Assembly (NCBI GenBank): GCA_965213625.1 | Contig: CBDBZU010000004.1 | Span: 2,336,001-2,400,000, forward strand | Origin: a bacterium | Lineage (GTDB): Bacteria > UBA8248 | Direction: 5' to 3' | DNA length: 64,000 bases | Shown: piece by piece, positions 60,364 through 64,000 of the stretch | Numbering within the stretch: position 1 is the stretch's first letter | Layout: each line of letters begins with the position of its first letter | Notes under the pieces: model-generated | The model's database searches: none | What the model was told of the DNA's origin: nothing | What the model saw: the letters and a program-made list of their open reading frames with translations, nothing else | Made by a program: the position numbers and the translations under genes

Positions 60364-61509
60364 ATGAACGAGACGGGACTTGAAACGGCGGCGCAAGAAA
60401 CGACGGATGAGGTGAAGCTCAAAATGATAGATGCGGACATTCATCCGCGGATGAACGGCATGTACCAGCTTCACCCTTATCTTTCCGAGTCGTGGCGCAA
60501 GCGCATGGGCGTGGCGCCGCTCAGTTCCGCCAAAGACCCGACGACCGCGCGAAACGTCTTTTCGATACCCAAGCGCTGGTACTACCATCCCCACGGCGCG
60601 GAGCGTCCCGACGCCCTGCCGCCCGACGGCGGGAGACCGGGTTCCAGCCTCGACATGCTGCGCTCCCATCATCTGGACAAATACGGGGTCGACACCGGCA
60701 TTCTCATCGCAGGCGATCTGTTCGGCATCGGGGGACTGCCGGACGCCGACATGGCGGCTGCGTTCATCGCGGCGAACAACGACTGGCTGCTCCACGAGTG
60801 GTGCGAGCCGGAACCCCGGCTCAAGCTCGCGATTCACGTCGGCCCGCGCGACCCGGGGCTCGCCGTCAAGGAAATCGAGAGACTCGGCGCGCATCCCGCC
60901 GTGGTGCAGGTGCAGATTCCGCAGATGGACGTGCTGCTGGGAAACCGCCACTACTATCCCATCTACGAAGCCGCAGAAGCCATGGGGCTGCCCATCGGGA
61001 TGCACGGCGCGGGAGAGGGGGCGGGCGTGAACACGCCCATGAACCCCACGGGAATCCCCGCCTATTACATCGAGGTGCACACGGGCGCGGTGACGATTGC
61101 GCAGGCCCAGGTCATCAGCCTGGTGTGTGAGGGTGTGTTCGTGCGCTTCCCGAAGCTCAAGGTCGTTTTTCAGGAGATGGGCTACGCCTGGCTGCCGAGC
61201 ATCATGTGGCGCTTCGATCAGGAATGGCGCTCGCTGCGCGCCGAGGTGCCCTGGCTGGAGCGCCCGCCGAGTGAATACATCGTCGACCACATCCGGTTGA
61301 CCACGCAGCCCATCGCGGAGCCGCCCACGAACGAGGACCACCGCCAGATTCTCAGGATGGCGAAGGCGGAGAAGACGTTGCTGTTCGCGTCCGATTATCC
61401 GCATTGGGATTTCGACAATCCCCGGCAGGTTTTTCAGGAAGTCTCGGATGAACTCAGACGGCGCATCTACCACGAGAGCGCCGAGGAGCTCTACGGCCAC
61501 AAGCTATAG
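60364..61509 (+). CDS. Amidohydrolase_2 fold protein, candidate dinuclear oxygenase
   Basis: IDADIH, YYPIYEAA....LPI.MH, E.G.AW, TTQP, FASDYPHWD. Confidence 0.82.
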   Translation: MNETGLETAAQETTDEVKLKMIDADIHPRMNGMYQLHPYLSESWRKRMGVAPLSSAKDPTTARNVFSIPKRWYYHPHGAERPDALPPDGGRPGSSLDMLRSHHLDKYGVDTGILIAGDLFGIGGLPDADMAAAFIAANNDWLLHEWCEPEPRLKLAIHVGPRDPGLAVKEIERLGAHPAVVQVQIPQMDVLLGNRHYYPIYEAAEAMGLPIGMHGAGEGAGVNTPMNPTGIPAYYIEVHTGAVTIAQAQVISLVCEGVFVRFPKLKVVFQEMGYAWLPSIMWRFDQEWRSLRAEVPWLERPPSEYIVDHIRLTTQPIAEPPTNEDHRQILRMAKAEKTLLFASDYPHWDFDNPRQVFQEVSDELRRRIYHESAEELYGHKL

Positions 61510-61681
61510 TCCAAAGGCCGCGAATGCCGACCAAAGAGAGAGAAGATATTACTCCTCCCTTGAGGGGTCGGGCTTCCCGAGGGGAAAGCCCGAAGAAAAA
61601 GACCCCTTTTTAGGGGGTAGAGGCGATGCCCCCCGACAAGGGGGGTCGGGGGGTTACTCCCTTGAAAAAGCCCTTGCCGTC

Positions 61682-61816
61682 TCATCCTGAGTAGCGGTGA
61701 AGCCGCGTATCGAAGGATGCCCTCTCGCCCGACGCGAGGCGTTCGACTCTCCTCGCCCTTCGATATAAACGCTCCTTTATCAGTCGCGTTTTACCTTCGG
61801 CGGCTACTCAGGGTGA
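61682..61816. repeat. Inverted repeat pair (third small-repeat family)
   Basis: TCATCCTGAGTAGC/GCTACTCAGGGTGA (13/14) and TATCGAAGG (61708-61716)/CCTTCGATA (61757-61765). Confidence 0.7.
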
Positions 61817-61836
61817 AGATAGAGGTGTTGGCGGTT

Positions 61837-61910
61837 GTAGGGACAACCCTCCGAGGTTGTCCTTTTCCAGGATGGTTGCAATCAGGACAGGCACGGAGGC
61901 CTGTCCCTAC
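61837..61910. repeat. Inverted GTAG-REP doublet, family B
   Basis: GTAGGGACAACCctccgaGGTTGTCC, 22-nt spacer, GGACAGGCacggagGCCTGTCCCTAC. Confidence 0.85.
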
Positions 61911-62012
61911 GGGATCATCACATCGCCGACCGGGGGATACATGGACTTTTTCAACAGATCTTAAATGGGTGGGGCTTTCAAATGGCTGAATGGCCGGTGA
62001 TGCCTGCCGGTA

Positions 62013-63107
62013 TTACAGATCGAGGCGGAATTTGTGGACCGCCTCCTCATTCACTTCCACGCCCAGGCCCGGACCCTCGGGAACCTTGACGACCCCGCCT
62101 TCCGCCACGAAGCCGGTGACGATGTCCTCATCGTGCCAGGCGGGGGCCTTGCCGGATTCGTTGTAGACGATTGATGGGGTCGAGGCGAACAGGTGCGCGC
62201 AGGCGGCGTCGTTCAGCGCGCTGTGGATGACGCTGCCGCAAATGCCCTCGATGCCGTGAATCTCGATGAGGGCGGCGGCCTTTTTTGCGTGCAGCAGCCC
62301 GCCCTCGCGGTTCACCTTCAAATTCACGATATCGGCGGCGCGCCTGCGGGCGATTTCGGCCAGATAGTCGGGCCGGAACGACTCGTCCGCACAGATGGGT
62401 ATGCGCGTGTTCTTGTTGACGAATTCCAGGCCGTCGAGATCGTTGCCGGGCACGGGCTGCTCAAGCATGGTGATGCCGTACTCCTCGATGCGCGCGCACA
62501 TCTGCACGGCGAGTTTGGGCGTCCAGCTCATGTTCGCGTCGACGACGATGTGGGCCTCATCCCCGGCCGCCTCCCTGGCCGCCGCGACGCGCGCGATGCT
62601 TGTCTTCGTGTCGCGATTCATCTTCACCTTGAACGAGGTGATGCCCAGAGCCATGGATTCCGCCGCGAGTTCGGCGGTTCGCTCGGGTGATTCCAAGGGC
62701 AGGATGTCGAAGGCGGGCATTTCGTCCCTGATTTTTCCGCCCAGCAGATCGTAGACCGGGCAGCCCAGCAAGCGCCCGATGAGATCGTGCACGGCGCAGT
62801 CGATTGCCGCTTTGGGGGAATAGTGGAAGGGAATGGCCTTTTCCATCTTGTGGACAATGAGTTCCCTATCGAAGGGGTTGCAATCGGCGACTGCGGGAAC
62901 CAGGTATTCATCGAGAATCTGATACGCGCTCTTGAGCGTTTCCCCGGTGGGAAACGAGCGCAGCGGCGCCCCTCCCCAGCCGGAAACGCCGTCGCAGGTG
63001 ATTTTTACGACGATGTCTTCTGAATGCGTCGCCATGCGCGTGGCGCTCTTATAGGGGTGGTTCAAGGGGATGGCGACGGGGAAGAGTTCTATTTTCTCGA
63101 TTTTCAT
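62013..63107 (-). CDS. Mandelate racemase / muconate lactonizing enzyme family protein
   Basis: FKVK (KxK), VDAN, EQP, ADES, NLK, PEGPGLGVE. Confidence 0.9.
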   Translation of the reverse strand: MKIEKIELFPVAIPLNHPYKSATRMATHSEDIVVKITCDGVSGWGGAPLRSFPTGETLKSAYQILDEYLVPAVADCNPFDRELIVHKMEKAIPFHYSPKAAIDCAVHDLIGRLLGCPVYDLLGGKIRDEMPAFDILPLESPERTAELAAESMALGITSFKVKMNRDTKTSIARVAAAREAAGDEAHIVVDANMSWTPKLAVQMCARIEEYGITMLEQPVPGNDLDGLEFVNKNTRIPICADESFRPDYLAEIARRRAADIVNLKVNREGGLLHAKKAAALIEIHGIEGICGSVIHSALNDAACAHLFASTPSIVYNESGKAPAWHDEDIVTGFVAEGGVVKVPEGPGLGVEVNEEAVHKFRLDL

Positions 63108-63135
63108 TTGCGCTTCAGGCTCCTGTGGCGGGGAA

Positions 63136-63534
63136 TCACACGTGCAGCATCACCAGATCTTTTTCGAGCGTGACCTCATACGTTTCGATGGAGGGGTCTT
63201 CTTCCGCCTCGAGCGTGACCTCATAGGTTTTGACGCGCATTTTGTGGGGGTTGAAGACCGAGCGCCCGTTCGTGATGTCGAACTCCCAGCAATGCCAGGG
63301 ACACACGAGTACCTGCTCGTCCATCACGTAGTCATAGGTATGGGGCCTGGATGACTTCATGGTCCCCTTGACCTTGCCCAGGCAAAGCGGCGCGCCCTGG
63401 TGCGGGCAGGAGTTCCTGACCGCGTAGAGGGAATTCTTGATGTTGAACACGCCGATGGAGCGACCCTCGACCTCGACTATCTTCCGCTCACCGGGGGGCA
63501 AGTCCGATATTTTGCACACCATGTGTTTCGCCAT
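63136..63534 (-). CDS. Rieske [2Fe-2S] ferredoxin
   Basis: CPHQG and CPWH motifs; duplicated C-terminal TYEVTLE. Confidence 0.92.
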   Translation of the reverse strand: MAKHMVCKISDLPPGERKIVEVEGRSIGVFNIKNSLYAVRNSCPHQGAPLCLGKVKGTMKSSRPHTYDYVMDEQVLVCPWHCWEFDITNGRSVFNPHKMRVKTYEVTLEAEEDPSIETYEVTLEKDLVMLHV

Positions 63535-63551
63535 TCGCGATTCGCCCCGAC

Positions 63552-64000
63552 TTAGTTCCCGGCCGCTGCGGCCGCCGCTTTTTCTCTCAGCATCTCCTCG
63601 AGCTTCGGCATGGCCCGCACCGACGCATAGCGCGCATGCTGGCCGCTCTGTGTGGAAAGGTTGCGCTTCGAGCCTTTGGGGATATGGATGATGGAGCCGG
63701 GACCCGCTTGCTGGTGATCGTCGTCCACCTGTGCGTCGATGACTCCCTTGATGACGTAGACGAATTCCTCGTGCGCGTTCTCGGCTGTCTGGTCCTCATG
63801 GCCCTCGGGAATCTCACCGTAGCCGAACGCGAGGCGCTCGCCTTCGATCCATACGGTGTGGCGTCCCGAAGATGCGGGCGCGTCCAGGGAGGGGAGTATC
63901 GGGTAATAGGAGTTGTTCAGGCCTTCGACGATGATTTCCGATCGCTCGGCGTCTCTTTCGAATTCTTCCGCAGTGCCTTCCTCGTACCGCTGGTTGATTT
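63552..64000 (-). CDS. Cupin-domain protein, C-terminal part (runs off the window)
   Basis: Manual translation ...HEEFVYVIKG.....VD.......GPGSIIHIPKG... ending AAGN*. Confidence 0.7.
   Translation of the reverse strand, partial: INQRYEEGTAEEFERDAERSEIIVEGLNNSYYPILPSLDAPASSGRHTVWIEGERLAFGYGEIPEGHEDQTAENAHEEFVYVIKGVIDAQVDDDHQQAGPGSIIHIPKGSKRNLSTQSGQHARYASVRAMPKLEEMLREKAAAAAAGN

Noticed and set aside
42748-64000. Genomic island integrated at tRNA-Met
   Set aside because: No integrase, no duplicated tRNA end and no obvious compositional shift within the window

Overview
A GC-rich bacterial chromosome segment with three parts. (1) An accessory left end (about 0.4-7.3 kb) holds mazEF, a DUF5131 radical-SAM-like gene, an AT-rich putative PD-(D/E)xK nuclease gene lying between two apparent gene remnants, dinJ/relB with a dead yafQ, lpdA, and an IS1111-group (IS110 family) element. 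(2) A housekeeping and transport middle includes a Dpp-type ABC system, a probable selenocysteine peroxiredoxin-like protein, dacB, recJ, moaDE, a Liv-type ABC system with three paralogous binding proteins, trpFBA-leuCDB-asd-mtnP-hemL-ftsB and initiator tRNA-Met. (3) A catabolic right end carries three amidases, a triple-RidA protein with a BisC-like molybdoenzyme, an amidohydrolase-fold candidate dinuclear oxygenase, an enolase-family enzyme and a Rieske protein. The main observation is a nested set of small mobile DNAs. TIR-bounded MITE-like shells (one with a 4-bp TSD) enclose GTAG-type REP doublets. One shell contains the IS1111 element, whose downstream non-coding region carries readable guide segments matching both flanks of its reconstructed target, and that target is a 14/15 match to the REP core. 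No database search was possible, so functional calls rest on motifs recognised by eye.
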